From: Acidobacteriota bacterium
GTDB lineage: Bacteria > Acidobacteriota > Blastocatellia > RBC074
Direction of reading: 5' to 3'
DNA length: 64,000 nucleotides
Assembly: GCA_016710075.1 (NCBI GenBank)
Contig: JADJLO010000002.1
Location: 59,488 to 123,487, forward strand
Numbering within the stretch: the stretch's first letter is position 1; every line of letters begins with the position of its first letter. The notes beneath the pieces are model-generated. The model did no database searches. It saw only the letters and a list, made by a program, of their open reading frames with translations, and was not told the DNA's origin. The translations under genes and the position numbers were made by a program. Below are positions 11,639-25,194 of the stretch, piece after piece.

Positions 11639-13207
11639 TTATTTCTGCGGCGGCAAATCCAGCGAATAGACTTTTCTGCCTTCGATATCGTGAAGGCTGA
11701 CGCTCATGGTTGCCGTTTTGCCGTCTATTTTTATCGCTCCGAAAAACTGGAATCCGTCTTTGGGCGATCGGTTCTGTTTCATTCCTTTGGGAATGCCTGT
11801 GAATTTTACCTGCGGGCCGAATGTGTCATCCAGCTCTGCGGGGCCGAAAGTCCCGGCATTCAAAGGGCCTGCGACAAATTCCCAGAAGGGCGAGAAGTCC
11901 TGGAACTGAGCCCGCGCGGGGTCATAAAAATGAGCTGCCGCATAATGTACATCGGCCGTGACCCAGATGATGTTTTTGATGCGGTTGCGTTTGATGAAGC
12001 GGAGAAGCTCGGCTACTTCAAGTTCACGTCCGAGCGCAGGGCCATTGCCATTGGCGAAAGCTTCGAATTTTCCGCCTGCATCTGGCACGACAAGGCCTAT
12101 CGGCATGTCGCTGGCAATGACTTTCCACACGGCTTTCGATGTCAGCAGTCGCTGCTTTATCCACTCAAGTTGAGGTGAGCCGAGAAAGGCCGTCTCGTCG
12201 CTGATGACCGGTTGTCTGTTTGGAGTATTCGGTCCGCGGTAGCTTCGTTCGTCGAGCATGATGACATCGACGAGCGGGCCGTAATTGATCGATCGATAGA
12301 TTCGTTCAGGGTCATCGGGGTTGAATCGAATAGGCATGTAATCGAGAAAACCTCTTCTGGCGTGGGCGGCGAGCAGGTCGATGCTTTTGATGTTGTATCG
12401 CGGATCGTCGAGTATCTGCCCGGGATACCAGTTGTTCCGAACTTCATGATCGTCCCATTGGGCGAGCATCGGTACTTCTGAATTGAACCGGCGCAGGTTC
12501 TCGTCCATGAGGTTGTAGCGATAGTTGCCGCGAAACTCGTCGATGGTTTCCGCGACCTTCGATTTTTCAGGAGTGGTCAGGTTCTTCCAGATGGAGCCAT
12601 CATCGAGCTTGACCTCGGCCTGGATCAGACCGTCGGCATAGATCGAATCGCCGGAATGGATAAAGAGATCGGGCTGGAGCCGGCGCATCGATTCGAAAAT
12701 CTTCATCCCCCCGAATTCTTTATTGATCCCCCATCCCTGCCCGCAGACATCTCCTCCAAAGACGAGTGTCAGGTCGCGCCTGTCTTTGGGGAGGGTGTTG
12801 AAGCTGCCCCGAACGGGCTCGCTGTAAGCTCGTATATCTTTCAGGTCCTGAAATGAAACGCGGTAGAATATTTTCTGACCGGCCGGCAGATCCGTCAGGT
12901 CAATTCGTGCGGTGAAATCGCTCGATTCGATGGCTGCGGGACCGGTGAGGCGCCGGGGATTGCCGAAAGACTCGGTCGTCGAGTATTCGACAATCATTCG
13001 TGCGGGCCTGTCGCTGCGACTCCAGATGATCGCCCGGTTTGAAGTGACATCGCCGCTCTGAACTCCGAAGGGAATTCCGGGACGCGCGGAATCGGAAGTT
13101 ATGACCGCCGCGGAATAAGATCCCTTACTGCAGTTGAGCATCGAGGTCGTCGCCAGGCCGCCGGCGGCGATTGCGGCGTTGGAGAGAAAGTCGCGTCTTT
13201 TCATCAT
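11639..13207 (-). CDS. phoD: Alkaline phosphatase D, Tat-exported
   Basis: Tat motif KRRDFL; GVQSGD, HSGDSIYAD, WDDHEV and TADVHY motifs. Confidence 0.92.
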   Translation of the reverse strand: MMKRRDFLSNAAIAAGGLATTSMLNCSKGSYSAAVITSDSARPGIPFGVQSGDVTSNRAIIWSRSDRPARMIVEYSTTESFGNPRRLTGPAAIESSDFTARIDLTDLPAGQKIFYRVSFQDLKDIRAYSEPVRGSFNTLPKDRRDLTLVFGGDVCGQGWGINKEFGGMKIFESMRRLQPDLFIHSGDSIYADGLIQAEVKLDDGSIWKNLTTPEKSKVAETIDEFRGNYRYNLMDENLRRFNSEVPMLAQWDDHEVRNNWYPGQILDDPRYNIKSIDLLAAHARRGFLDYMPIRFNPDDPERIYRSINYGPLVDVIMLDERSYRGPNTPNRQPVISDETAFLGSPQLEWIKQRLLTSKAVWKVIASDMPIGLVVPDAGGKFEAFANGNGPALGRELEVAELLRFIKRNRIKNIIWVTADVHYAAAHFYDPARAQFQDFSPFWEFVAGPLNAGTFGPAELDDTFGPQVKFTGIPKGMKQNRSPKDGFQFFGAIKIDGKTATMSVSLHDIEGRKVYSLDLPPQK

Positions 13208-13210
13208 TAT

Positions 13211-13864
13211 TTAAGCCTGTTGTTTTTCCCAGGTCTCGACCTGTTCTCTGCTCCGGTTGAGAACGATCCTTTCCCGCTCGATCATGGCGATCCAGTCGCC
13301 GGGCAAGCGCATCGGATGTTTGAGAACGAACCCTCGGGCTATGATGATTCCGCTCAGTCGCCATTCCGGCTCGCTCAGAAGCACTTCCTGCACCTCGCCC
13401 ATCTTGTGGCCGTCGCTCGATTCCACCGCCAGCCCGCGTTTGATGGTGCTTTCGGATGGAGTTACAAGCTGATCGGTGACGAGTACTCCCGGCGCGTGCA
13501 TCGGATCGCCAAAGGCATTGGCAACCAGGGGGACGACATAGTTCACCCAGTCCATCGGTTTGATCTTCGAACGGGGATGCTCGGCCTGCTCCTGTTCGAA
13601 CTTGTCCAGACCAACATAATGCTTCAGCTCGAAACTGGGAAGCTCGACGATCTCTTTTTCCTTGTGGATGGTCGTTACTTTATCGTGCTCGGAATGAGTG
13701 ACCCATCCGAGCGGCATGAGCACCTGACGCGATTGCAGTGCGCCGCCATGCCTGATTACCAGATGCGTCGCTTCAAAACTCGTTCTGTCGAGAATAACCC
13801 TTTCGATACGGCCTATTTCGCGCCCTTCGCTTTCAACGGACGCTCCAATATTGATTTCAATCAT
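13211..13864 (-). CDS. PRC-barrel domain protein (two PRC-like repeats)
   Basis: IGASVESEGREIGRIERVILD and VESSDGHKMGEVQEVLL repeats. Confidence 0.75.
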   Translation of the reverse strand: MIEINIGASVESEGREIGRIERVILDRTSFEATHLVIRHGGALQSRQVLMPLGWVTHSEHDKVTTIHKEKEIVELPSFELKHYVGLDKFEQEQAEHPRSKIKPMDWVNYVVPLVANAFGDPMHAPGVLVTDQLVTPSESTIKRGLAVESSDGHKMGEVQEVLLSEPEWRLSGIIIARGFVLKHPMRLPGDWIAMIERERIVLNRSREQVETWEKQQA

Positions 13865-13951
13865 AGCTGATCCTCAAAAAATGGAATTACCTTAATCTAT
13901 GACCACGATAAGCCTTGAGGATGTCTATTTCAACCTGATCAAGGCTGCCCG

Positions 13952-16597
13952 TCATCTGACTTTCCTTTTTGCAGGGCGGTCGTCCTTGTCCCGGCCTTTC
14001 TCATCGTCGTCGTCATCACCATCGTCTTTGATGGTGCGGACGAAGGCGCTACGGACGGGAGCGGGCATCGGTGAACTGGCGCCCTTGACCGATTTCCAGA
14101 TGATCTCGTTGAATTCGATATCGGGAGCAGCGTCCTCTTTTGTGAAATCCATCTGCTGCGATCTCACCGAACCGACGGCATTCCTCGCGTTCTTTTCATT
14201 GATGTCGATGCGCGCGGGTCGATGCTTGAAAGGCGTCAGGTCAGCCTTGTCGGTGAAGCTGTTGTACATCGGTGTGGCCGCCGCATCGTACTGGCTCATG
14301 GGTTGGAGCCCGAGAATCAGCTCCATCGTGCGAAGCATGCCCGATGTCGAATACATCGTCGAATCGACCACCTTGCGTTTTGTATAGGCGCTTGCGACAA
14401 AAGCGGGTGAACGGTGGGCATCGACATGATCGGGGCCATTCTGCGCATCGTCTTCGAGGATGAAGATGGCGGTCGATTCCCAGTACTTGCTGTTTGAGAC
14501 GGCCTCGACGAGTCTGCCGACAGCCAGATCGTTTTCCGCCACGTGAGCGCGCGGCGTCGGAGCGCCCACGCGCGTCCCCTGTGTATGGTCGCCGCCGATT
14601 CTTACGATCTGGAATTGAGGCAGATTGCCGTTCCTCTCAAATTCGCGGAATTCGGTCAGCCATGAATCGATGCGCACATTGTCCGGTATTGTCAGATCCC
14701 AGGATGGGAAACTCGGGCTGAAATGGCCCGTGAGTGCGGATTCATAGGTGAAATTTTCTTTTTTAGCCTTTGAGTTGGGATCCCCGCCGAGTTCGCCGCC
14801 CCCGCCCGGTTTGCCTTCGCGAATGCTGACGAATTCGCCGTAGCTCCGGTAAGAGACTCCCGCACGGGCACAGTAGTCCCAGATGTATCCGCCGGTCGGG
14901 CGTGAAATATTCTTTTGGCCTTCGTAATCGTAGGTGCGGCCGCGGCGCGAGTAATTTGTCGGCCAGGTTTTTTCGACGTAGTCAGTGGCATAGGCTGCTG
15001 TTGACCAGTTGTGACCATCGGCTGAGACCTCGGCGTCGACGTAGAAATTATCCAGAAGGACAAACTCACGGGCCAGAGCGTGATGGTTGGGCGTTACTTC
15101 TTCGCCGAAGATTGCCAGATTCGGGTCTCCGTTGCCTTCCTTCATATCGCCAAGGACCTGATCATAGGTGCGATTCTCTTTAATCACGTAGATTACGTGT
15201 TTGATCGGCGAGGGATCGCCGATGCGGACCGGGATGGCGGTTTTCTCGCGCGGCGCACGTGCGGCTTTGAGCAACTCGTCGGTGTACGGCGAATTTGAAT
15301 AGACGCGTCGAGTCAGTTGTGCGAGTTTGACCTGAGCAGGCACATTGATCAGCGAGACCGAACCCTTAATGACTGCGCCGATATATTCGGTATCCTTGTC
15401 ACGTGCTTTGTAGGGATTCGGGCCTTTCGGATTGGCGGCTGAAATTGTACCTTTGCCGTTGGCTACCAAGATTCTTTTGCCGTCTTTACTGGTTCTGACT
15501 GAAGTCGGGTACCATCCGGTCGGGATGAATCCTTTGACCCTGGAAGCTCCCGGTGTGCCGACATCCACGACTGCGACATTGTTGTTGTCGGCGTTGGCGA
15601 TGTAGAGCGTTTTTTCATCCGGCGAAAGCGCGACGGCATTGGGCGTGCTGCCGATAGGCGACTTGGGATGCAAAGCCGTGGAGATCGCTTCGACCTCTCT
15701 CCCCTGCAGAACATCGATGACTGAAACGCTGTTGCTGTTGGCGTTCGCCACATAAAGTTTTTTTCCATCGCGTGTCAGTTCGAGGTCGTTCGGGTGATCG
15801 CCGGTTTGAACGTTGCCCATGACGTGGTTATCCGCCGTTTCGATGATTGAAACGCTTCTCGATCCCCAGTTGCTGACAAAGAGTTTTTTACCGTCACGGG
15901 AGATGGCGCAATCGTAAGGATATTCACCGACGGCGATCTTTGTGACGACCTTGCCCGAATTGGCGCCGAGTTCAATCACCGAGACCTGGTTGGACAGGTT
16001 CTCGACGACATACAGATGCCTGCCGTCGGGTGAGGCGGCAATTCCCGCGGGGAACGCAAATTCGCCGCGGCCTGCTTTTCTGGCTTCATCTCGGCCTTTC
16101 TCGTCGAGCTTGTGATACTGAAGGCTTCCCAGAATGATCTTGCCTGCTTCTGTGGCCTTCCCGTTGTCAAAATCGAAGATGAATACCTCGTTGTCGTCTC
16201 CGCCGGAAACGTAGAACCTTTTACCGTCCGGCGAGAAGGCCAATCCAAGCCATGATTTTTTTACTTCGACTTCCTGGACGCTCTTGTTGGTATTGAGGTC
16301 TATGATGTTGATCGAGTGCATTCCCCAGCCGTTGGTCGTCGCCAGCAGATAGCGGCCATCCCTGCTGAGCTCCATGTTCATCGGCATATCGCTCGTCTGA
16401 ATCTGGACACCTTCAGGCGTCAACGACCATCCGTTGGGCAGCAGCGTGCCGGTCGTGGTTTTGCCTGGAAGCCTGCGCGAGGCCGCCGGCGCGGGATTCT
16501 GTTTCTTCGCCTGAGCAAATGCAGGTGTCATCTGGCCGGCCATCAACACGCAGCTAAGAATTATCGAGAAAAGAGTGGTGAAGCGACGGGTGATCAT
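13952..16597 (-). CDS. Secreted YVTN/YncE beta-propeller + phosphoesterase (alkaline phosphatase-like) bifunctional protein
   Basis: GGAGG RBS before MITRRF (16597); repeated YVAN/VGxxP propeller blades; IKHVIYVIKENRTYDQVLGD and EDDAQNGPDHVDAHR. Confidence 0.88.
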   Translation of the reverse strand: MITRRFTTLFSIILSCVLMAGQMTPAFAQAKKQNPAPAASRRLPGKTTTGTLLPNGWSLTPEGVQIQTSDMPMNMELSRDGRYLLATTNGWGMHSINIIDLNTNKSVQEVEVKKSWLGLAFSPDGKRFYVSGGDDNEVFIFDFDNGKATEAGKIILGSLQYHKLDEKGRDEARKAGRGEFAFPAGIAASPDGRHLYVVENLSNQVSVIELGANSGKVVTKIAVGEYPYDCAISRDGKKLFVSNWGSRSVSIIETADNHVMGNVQTGDHPNDLELTRDGKKLYVANANSNSVSVIDVLQGREVEAISTALHPKSPIGSTPNAVALSPDEKTLYIANADNNNVAVVDVGTPGASRVKGFIPTGWYPTSVRTSKDGKRILVANGKGTISAANPKGPNPYKARDKDTEYIGAVIKGSVSLINVPAQVKLAQLTRRVYSNSPYTDELLKAARAPREKTAIPVRIGDPSPIKHVIYVIKENRTYDQVLGDMKEGNGDPNLAIFGEEVTPNHHALAREFVLLDNFYVDAEVSADGHNWSTAAYATDYVEKTWPTNYSRRGRTYDYEGQKNISRPTGGYIWDYCARAGVSYRSYGEFVSIREGKPGGGGELGGDPNSKAKKENFTYESALTGHFSPSFPSWDLTIPDNVRIDSWLTEFREFERNGNLPQFQIVRIGGDHTQGTRVGAPTPRAHVAENDLAVGRLVEAVSNSKYWESTAIFILEDDAQNGPDHVDAHRSPAFVASAYTKRKVVDSTMYSTSGMLRTMELILGLQPMSQYDAAATPMYNSFTDKADLTPFKHRPARIDINEKNARNAVGSVRSQQMDFTKEDAAPDIEFNEIIWKSVKGASSPMPAPVRSAFVRTIKDDGDDDDDEKGRDKDDRPAKRKVR

Positions 16598-16681
16598 TTT
16601 TGCCTCCGATATAGAGTTTAGAGCAGTGCCTTCAGGCGATTTGTAAATGGGAAGTTTCCGCCTCAAGGCGGAACCCCGAAC

Positions 16682-17533
16682 TTAAAACATTATTTCATCG
16701 TGAACGCCGATGGCGTCATCAAGTTCCGCTGAGATGTCTCCGATCCCTGCGGATAAGGATTTGAAATCGAAAAGATTGGCGTCGAGCAGGTGCGTCGGAA
16801 CGGTATTGCCCAGAGCCGTGAGCATCGATTTGCGTATGTTCGGAATCTCGTTTTGAAGCTCATCGATCAGTTTTTTGATCCGCTTGCGCTTGAGATTTTC
16901 CTGAGAGCCGCACAGATCGCAGGGGATGATCGGGAAATCCTGCGTCCGGGAATATTCGGCAATGTCCTTTTCCCAGATGTAAGCCATCGGGCGGATCACG
17001 GTATTCCGTCCGTCGTCCGATCGCAGAACCGGAGGCATCGCTTTCATCGTGCCCACATAAAAGAAATTCAGCAGGAAAGTCTGCAGTATGTCATCGGCGT
17101 GATGGCCAAGCGCAATCTTGGTGCAGCCTTCCTCGACCGCGATGTTGTATAGAATTCCGCGGCGCAGCCGCGAACAGACCGAACAGTACGTCTTGCCTTC
17201 CGGAACCAGCCGTTTGACCACGGAATATGTGTCGCGCTCGACGATGCGAAAGGGGACGTTGATCCCCGAAAGATATTCAGGAAGTATGTGCGCGGGAAAC
17301 CCCGGCTGTTTCTGATCGAGATTGACTGCGAGGAGTTCGAAATTGATCGGCGCCTTTCGCTGCAATGTCATCAGCAACTGGAGCAGCGTGTAGCTGTCCT
17401 TACCGCCGCTCAAACAGACCATCACCTTGTCGCCTTCCGCGATCATGCCGAAATCGCTGATGGCTTCGCCCATGCGTCGCTGAAGGATTTTTTGCAGTTG
17501 TTCCCCGCTATGAGAGTTGTTCCCGTTATTCAT
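16682..17533 (-). CDS. ttcA: tRNA 2-thiocytidine(32) synthetase
   Basis: PP-loop [20 protein letters not shown] and IPCDLCGSQ. Confidence 0.95.
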   Translation of the reverse strand: MNNGNNSHSGEQLQKILQRRMGEAISDFGMIAEGDKVMVCLSGGKDSYTLLQLLMTLQRKAPINFELLAVNLDQKQPGFPAHILPEYLSGINVPFRIVERDTYSVVKRLVPEGKTYCSVCSRLRRGILYNIAVEEGCTKIALGHHADDILQTFLLNFFYVGTMKAMPPVLRSDDGRNTVIRPMAYIWEKDIAEYSRTQDFPIIPCDLCGSQENLKRKRIKKLIDELQNEIPNIRKSMLTALGNTVPTHLLDANLFDFKSLSAGIGDISAELDDAIGVHDEIMF

Positions 17534-17602
17534 TGATGATGTAGATCTCCAGCTTGAAAGGATGAACTGGAAGCTTAGGATAAGGAAGGCGGATGCGTCA
17601 AA

Positions 17603-18701
17603 TTAAGTTGTAACTTTACCCTTTTCTGAAGTGGTTGTAACCAGCGGCGGCATTGGGGCGACACGGCTATGGCGTCTGACGAATATCCGAGGCGCAGCCG
17701 TATCGTTCTCCAGTGCGATGATTTCACCGATCAGTGATAACCGCAGGTTGCATTCAATTGCGGCTTTGATCAGCTCCGGCTCGTTTTCTGGATCCGCGGT
17801 CAGGAGCAGTTCGAAATCCTCGCCCCCTTCGATCGCGAACTGGAACGCATCTTCGATATTGTCTGTGACCAGGGATGTTTCAGCAGCCACCGGCACCGCG
17901 TCAAAAATCGATGATGGCGTTGACCCGGCTTTCCTCGCAGATATGCAGCAGGTCCTGCGCCATCCCGTCGCTGACATCGATCATCGAATGCGCCAGGCTG
18001 CGAGCGCCGGCGATAGCCCCGAATTCAATTCGCGGAACCGGTTTGAGATGAGAGCGCAGCGCCGATTGTTCCAGGCTGCCATCACTGCTTTGATTGACAC
18101 GGGCGCCGTCGAGCAGCAATTTAAGCCCGGCGGCTGATGCCCCGATCGCACCTGTCAGATAGATCCTGTCGCCCGGCCTGCCAGTGCTCCGGCGCACGGC
18201 CTTTCCCGAACTGCAACGGCCGATCACTATCGAATCCACCGACAGTCTGTCAGGAGAAGATGAGATGTCGCCGCCGATCAGCGTGACACCATATTTATCG
18301 GCGAGGCTGAAATAGCCGTTGAAAAAGTTTTCCCAGAATTGTCCGGCTGCACCGTCTGATGAAAGCTTCACCGGGATCGCAAGTGAGAGCATTGACTGTG
18401 CCGGAGTTCCTCCCATCGCCGCGATGTCGCTCAGGCTGACGGCGAGGGCCTTGTGTCCCAGCCATTCCGCCGGAATATATTCGAGTTTGAAGTCCACGTC
18501 CTCTACCAGAAGATCGACGGTGACGAGCGTCTCGCGTCCGGAAACCTCTCTCAATATTGCCGTATCGTCGCCGATGCCTTCGATGACTTCTGCACTCCCG
18601 CCAGCTGCAACACGGTCACGAATCATTCGGATGAACTCAAACTCGCTATTCATAAGGATAAATGTATCACCAGGATGATCCGCAATCTTCACCTTTTTCA
18701 T
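17603..18701 (-). CDS. thiL: Thiamine-monophosphate kinase, split by a 1-nt frameshift at the A5 run 17903-17907
   Basis: EFEFI, GIGDDTA, SLSDIAAMGG, IGGD, MIDVSDG, then GGEDFELLLT in the second frame. Removing one base restores IIDFDAVPV. Confidence 0.9.
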
Positions 18702-21652
18702 TTTTGAGGGCGGACGACACCACGCCCGGGCTGGGCGGACTTGAGGATGCTTTCGGCCATGCGCTTGATGTCGGTTTTTCTGATGGATCGAATGGCATCG
18801 GGCTGAGCTTCCACCTCGGACGGTTTTCGGCCGAAGATGATTGCCCGAGCGTATTCCAATGCGCGCAGCGGATGCGATTGCAGCGAAATCGCATACCGGC
18901 CGATCGATGCGTTGCGCCCCGTTTCGAAGTCGTTGTCATCGGGAATCGAGCCGGCCAATTTCTGCAGCTCGGCGATCAGTATCTCCTTTGCCTTCTGTTC
19001 GTTTTCAGGCAGGGTGGATAGCTGAGCGACGAATGCGCCGGAAGCGAGTCTCTGCGCCAGTCGAATTGTGACACCCGAAGCCGGATTGTCCTTCCATTCA
19101 AGCTCTTCGCTCGGCTTTCCGCAGGAAGCGATGTTGCCGAGCATTTCGAGCGCATAAAGATCGTTAAATGAGGTTATCGACTGCCCCATGACTCTGATGC
19201 CGATCGATTGCGATGTCATCGAGCGTGAGCGCTGCTCGATTTTGTCAGCCGCAGTCGGGAGCGTGGTTGGGATGTTGACCTTGATGGTCTTGTCCACTTC
19301 CTCGCGCCTCAGTCCATCTGAAAATATCTTCGAGACCAGCGCGGATCCGTCGGTGTCTCCGACCAGCATGACGATAGGGAATTGTTTCCTGATGGTTTTT
19401 GCGTGCCATTCTTCCAGATTTGCATCTGTGGCGGATTTGATTACCCCTGGTATGCCGAATCTGGGAATCCCGTATGGATGGCCGGGATAGAGCGACTCCC
19501 ACATCAGGTCTTCCGCGCGGGTCTGATCGGCGTCCATCCTGCGGCCCGCTTCCGCAAGCAGCGCATCGCGTTCAGTGGTCAGCTCATTCTTGTCAAAGAA
19601 TGGATTCTCGATGATATCCAGCAATAATTTGATTGCCGGTTCTGCATTGCGTGAGAGCACATCCAGGGTGAATCCGTAAAAATCCGGCTCGTTGACGATC
19701 TCGATCCTGCCGCCGTAATTTTCAAGTTCCAGTGCGATCAGGTCGGATTTCCGCGAGGTGGTGCTTTTGAGCATGTTCCTGAGCATGAGCTCGGTCATTC
19801 CGCTGCTGGTCTGGTCTTCGAGCAACCGCCCGCCCTGAAACAAAACGCTGACCGCCAGTCTGGGCTGCGATTTGTCTTCGCGCACGAAGGCTCTGGGGCC
19901 GCGCAGGACCGAAAAATCCTTGAGCGGAACCGGCACCGAAGCGACGATTACATTCTGAGCTTCGACATAACCGCTTCGCTCGGCTCCCTGTGGAAAGGTC
20001 TTGAGCACGACGGCCGGTTTGACCTCCTCAGGCTTGATTGGTTGGGCGGCGGCGGGCGCGAAGGTCACGACCAGTTCGGCGAATTTCTCGGGCGAGAAGG
20101 TCCTGGCCTGGGCGTTGGCGGGCTCCAGTTCATGGACTGTGGTGTTTGCCAGTGTCATGTATTTTGCCGCGGCCTGTTGAATATCCTGTGGTGTAACGGC
20201 GCGGATTTTTGCAGGCAGGGAATCGAGAACCCTGTAATCTCCAAGCTGAATCTGGTACCTGGAGATTTCGTCCGCTTCCGACTCGAATACCGAAATTCTG
20301 TCGATTTGGCTCTTCTCGAGCATGACGCGGGCCCGCTGCAATTCTCCCTCACTCAACAATTCGCGGCGGAATCGTTCCATCTCTCTGAAGTATTCCGCCT
20401 CCGCGCGGTCGATTCGATCCTTGTCGACGATCATGCTTATTGCCAGCAGACCGGATGCTCTCTGGTTCGACCCCGGGAGGATCATCAAATCCGCAGATGT
20501 TTCAAACGCGACGCTCAACTTGTCTCGCGATGCCTGCCCTTCTCGCAGACCCTGCCACAAGCGCGATCCCTTGCCGTCGCCGAGCACCGATGCCAGTACT
20601 TCAAGTGTCGCCAGATCCTTCAGTCTATCCTTGTCCGAGCCAAAATCGGGCAATCGATAACCGATGGTCACGTAGCTCTGACTGATGTCTTTTCGTGTGT
20701 TGCTGTATCGCAGTCCGGTTTGAGCCGGTTCTTCCGGATCAGGCGAAAATTGATCTGCCGCCGGCGGCTTTGCGGGCGCTGCGGGCTTCGACGCCTGCCC
20801 CTGAGACACGGCCGCTCCCACTTTGGCGAATCCGCCAAACTGAAGCTGGATCTGGCCCAGAGCCTGTAATGAAAAAACGTCGCCGACTATCGTGATTACA
20901 GTATTCGCCGGATTGTAGAAACGATTATAGAAAGCCTGCACCTGTTCCGCGGTGAAGGATGCCGGCAGCGTCTCGGCTGGAATCTTGCCGCGTTTGAGCC
21001 TGCCGGTCGTGAACGCAGTCGACATCAATCCTTCAATCGCCGCATCTGACGGTTTATCGTTATCCGCCCGGGCTTCGAGCATGACTTTTTGCGCGGCATT
21101 CTTTATCTGATCCGGTTTGAGTGCGGGCTTGATCACCAGATCCGAAAGCAGTTCGATTGCCGCCTGGTAACTCTCGGCCGCTGCCGTTATCTGGTATGTC
21201 GTCCTGTCATATCCGCTTTCCGATTGGAACAAGCCTCCAAGCCGCGCAACCTCGCGCATAAATTCATAACCCGACCTCGTCATCGAACCCTGCAGTATCG
21301 AGCTCCTTACCAGTTGCGCCATCCCCGTCATCTCGTCGGGCTCGTTCACCGTCCCCGCCTTGACCGAAACATTGATCGAAAAGAGCGGATTCGAATGCCG
21401 CTCACGGATGATTACCGTCAGCCCGTTTCGCAGGATGTATCGTGATGTAAAGCCGTCAAGATCCTGTTTGACCAGTTTCCCGCCCTCGGGTATGCCCAAC
21501 ACAGTCGTCTTGGGTAGATTGGTCGCAGGCCCGGGCCTGGGTTGCGGCGGCGGCACGGGCTGCCGCCCCCTGCCGCTCTGCGCAAGCACGTTGCCTGATA
21601 ATGAAATAACCAGAACCATGATCACCACTGTCCGAAATTTTCGCCGATACAT
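18698..21652 (-). CDS. Secreted two-unit M16 (pitrilysin/insulinase) family protein lacking a recognisable HxxEH
   Basis: Signal peptide, YILRNGLTVIIRE, FYNRFYNPANTVITIVGD and a second M16 unit. The expected zinc site reads AQLVR. Confidence 0.82.
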   Translation of the reverse strand: MYRRKFRTVVIMVLVISLSGNVLAQSGRGRQPVPPPQPRPGPATNLPKTTVLGIPEGGKLVKQDLDGFTSRYILRNGLTVIIRERHSNPLFSINVSVKAGTVNEPDEMTGMAQLVRSSILQGSMTRSGYEFMREVARLGGLFQSESGYDRTTYQITAAAESYQAAIELLSDLVIKPALKPDQIKNAAQKVMLEARADNDKPSDAAIEGLMSTAFTTGRLKRGKIPAETLPASFTAEQVQAFYNRFYNPANTVITIVGDVFSLQALGQIQLQFGGFAKVGAAVSQGQASKPAAPAKPPAADQFSPDPEEPAQTGLRYSNTRKDISQSYVTIGYRLPDFGSDKDRLKDLATLEVLASVLGDGKGSRLWQGLREGQASRDKLSVAFETSADLMILPGSNQRASGLLAISMIVDKDRIDRAEAEYFREMERFRRELLSEGELQRARVMLEKSQIDRISVFESEADEISRYQIQLGDYRVLDSLPAKIRAVTPQDIQQAAAKYMTLANTTVHELEPANAQARTFSPEKFAELVVTFAPAAAQPIKPEEVKPAVVLKTFPQGAERSGYVEAQNVIVASVPVPLKDFSVLRGPRAFVREDKSQPRLAVSVLFQGGRLLEDQTSSGMTELMLRNMLKSTTSRKSDLIALELENYGGRIEIVNEPDFYGFTLDVLSRNAEPAIKLLLDIIENPFFDKNELTTERDALLAEAGRRMDADQTRAEDLMWESLYPGHPYGIPRFGIPGVIKSATDANLEEWHAKTIRKQFPIVMLVGDTDGSALVSKIFSDGLRREEVDKTIKVNIPTTLPTAADKIEQRSRSMTSQSIGIRVMGQSITSFNDLYALEMLGNIASCGKPSEELEWKDNPASGVTIRLAQRLASGAFVAQLSTLPENEQKAKEILIAELQKLAGSIPDDNDFETGRNASIGRYAISLQSHPLRALEYARAIIFGRKPSEVEAQPDAIRSIRKTDIKRMAESILKSAQPGRGVVRPQK

Positions 21653-21979
21653 CCTTTTACCCCTGAATTCAAAGTTAAAGATGGTTGCCGATTGTCAGTG
21701 CATCACCAACCGGCAACTATCTTTTCACTTTATCCATGAACGAATCGAAATACAACCGGGCTCTTTTCCGGATTGTTTGACCAATGCACCATTCGATAAA
21801 TCTTGAGAAAACTCTAAATATATTGTTTGCTTCACTTTTCAAGTCAAGGTGGTTTGACTATAATCATCTGCTTTATAACCGTCCAAAATATTCTAAATAA
21901 TGAGGTATCACCGAGTATGACTATAACTGTCTTAGGCATTGCTCTCCTGGTGTTTCTTTGTTCGACCAGGGGATTGTCC

Positions 21980-24436
<2,457 letters not shown>

Positions 24437-24465
24437 TCGCATATTGCAGAAGGCAGGCGACTATT

Positions 24466-24506
24466 AAAAAAGGCCCGCGACGAGTTCATCTCTTCGCGGG
24501 CCTTTT
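24466..24506. terminator. Bidirectional intrinsic terminator
   Basis: AAAAGGCCCGCGA ... TCGCGGGCCTTTT between convergent hppA and the hemolysin III gene. Confidence 0.85.
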
Positions 24507-24546
24507 ATTCAGATAATGCCTCATCGGCCTCACTTCAAAAAATAAA

Positions 24547-25194
24547 TCACAGATTGACCGGCAGAACGTAATACAATACGGCGATGTAATGGCAGCCGCT
24601 GCCGAGCATGACGAAAAGGTGCCAGATGGTGTGGTTGAAGGGGATTTTGTTGATGGCGAAAAAGATGAGTCCTATCATATAAGATGCGCCGCCGCCGAAG
24701 ATCCATTCGAGCCCGCCGATCGGGACAGTCGCCATGATGGGTTTGATCGCGATGATCGCCAGCCACGCGATGATCACATAGAGGGCGTATGAGACTCCGT
24801 TGTATTTCTCGAGGAAGATTATCTTGAAGAAAATTCCGAACAGCGAGAGGGTCCAGACGGAGATGAGCAGCGTCCAACCCCAGAAACCCCGCAGGTTGAT
24901 CAGCATGAAGGGAGTGTATGTTCCGGCTATCACCAGATAGATCGCAACCTGATCGGCGGCTCTGAAGAGGTGCTTGATATGAGCCTTCTGGACGCTGTGA
25001 TAGAGAGTCGATGCGGCGTATACAAGAATCAGTGTGGCTCCGTATATTCCGAAAGCGATGCAGTGGATTCGACTGCCCTTCGAAATCGAAAGAGCAAGCA
25101 GAACAGCCAGACCGGCGACACTGAAAATCAATCCGATACCATGCGTGATCGTATTGGCGAGCTCTTCAATGACAAGCTGTCTATCAACATGCAT
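24547..25194 (-). CDS. Hemolysin III / PAQR family membrane protein
   Basis: EELANTITHG, STLYH, IAGTYTP and HTIWHLFV motifs; start set at MHVDRQ. Confidence 0.92.
   Translation of the reverse strand: MHVDRQLVIEELANTITHGIGLIFSVAGLAVLLALSISKGSRIHCIAFGIYGATLILVYAASTLYHSVQKAHIKHLFRAADQVAIYLVIAGTYTPFMLINLRGFWGWTLLISVWTLSLFGIFFKIIFLEKYNGVSYALYVIIAWLAIIAIKPIMATVPIGGLEWIFGGGASYMIGLIFFAINKIPFNHTIWHLFVMLGSGCHYIAVLYYVLPVNL

Noticed and set aside
17901-17977. Programmed ribosomal frameshift in thiL (also considered for purS and M16)
   Set aside because: No canonical slippery heptamer with a stimulator; such indels occur in many unrelated genes here.
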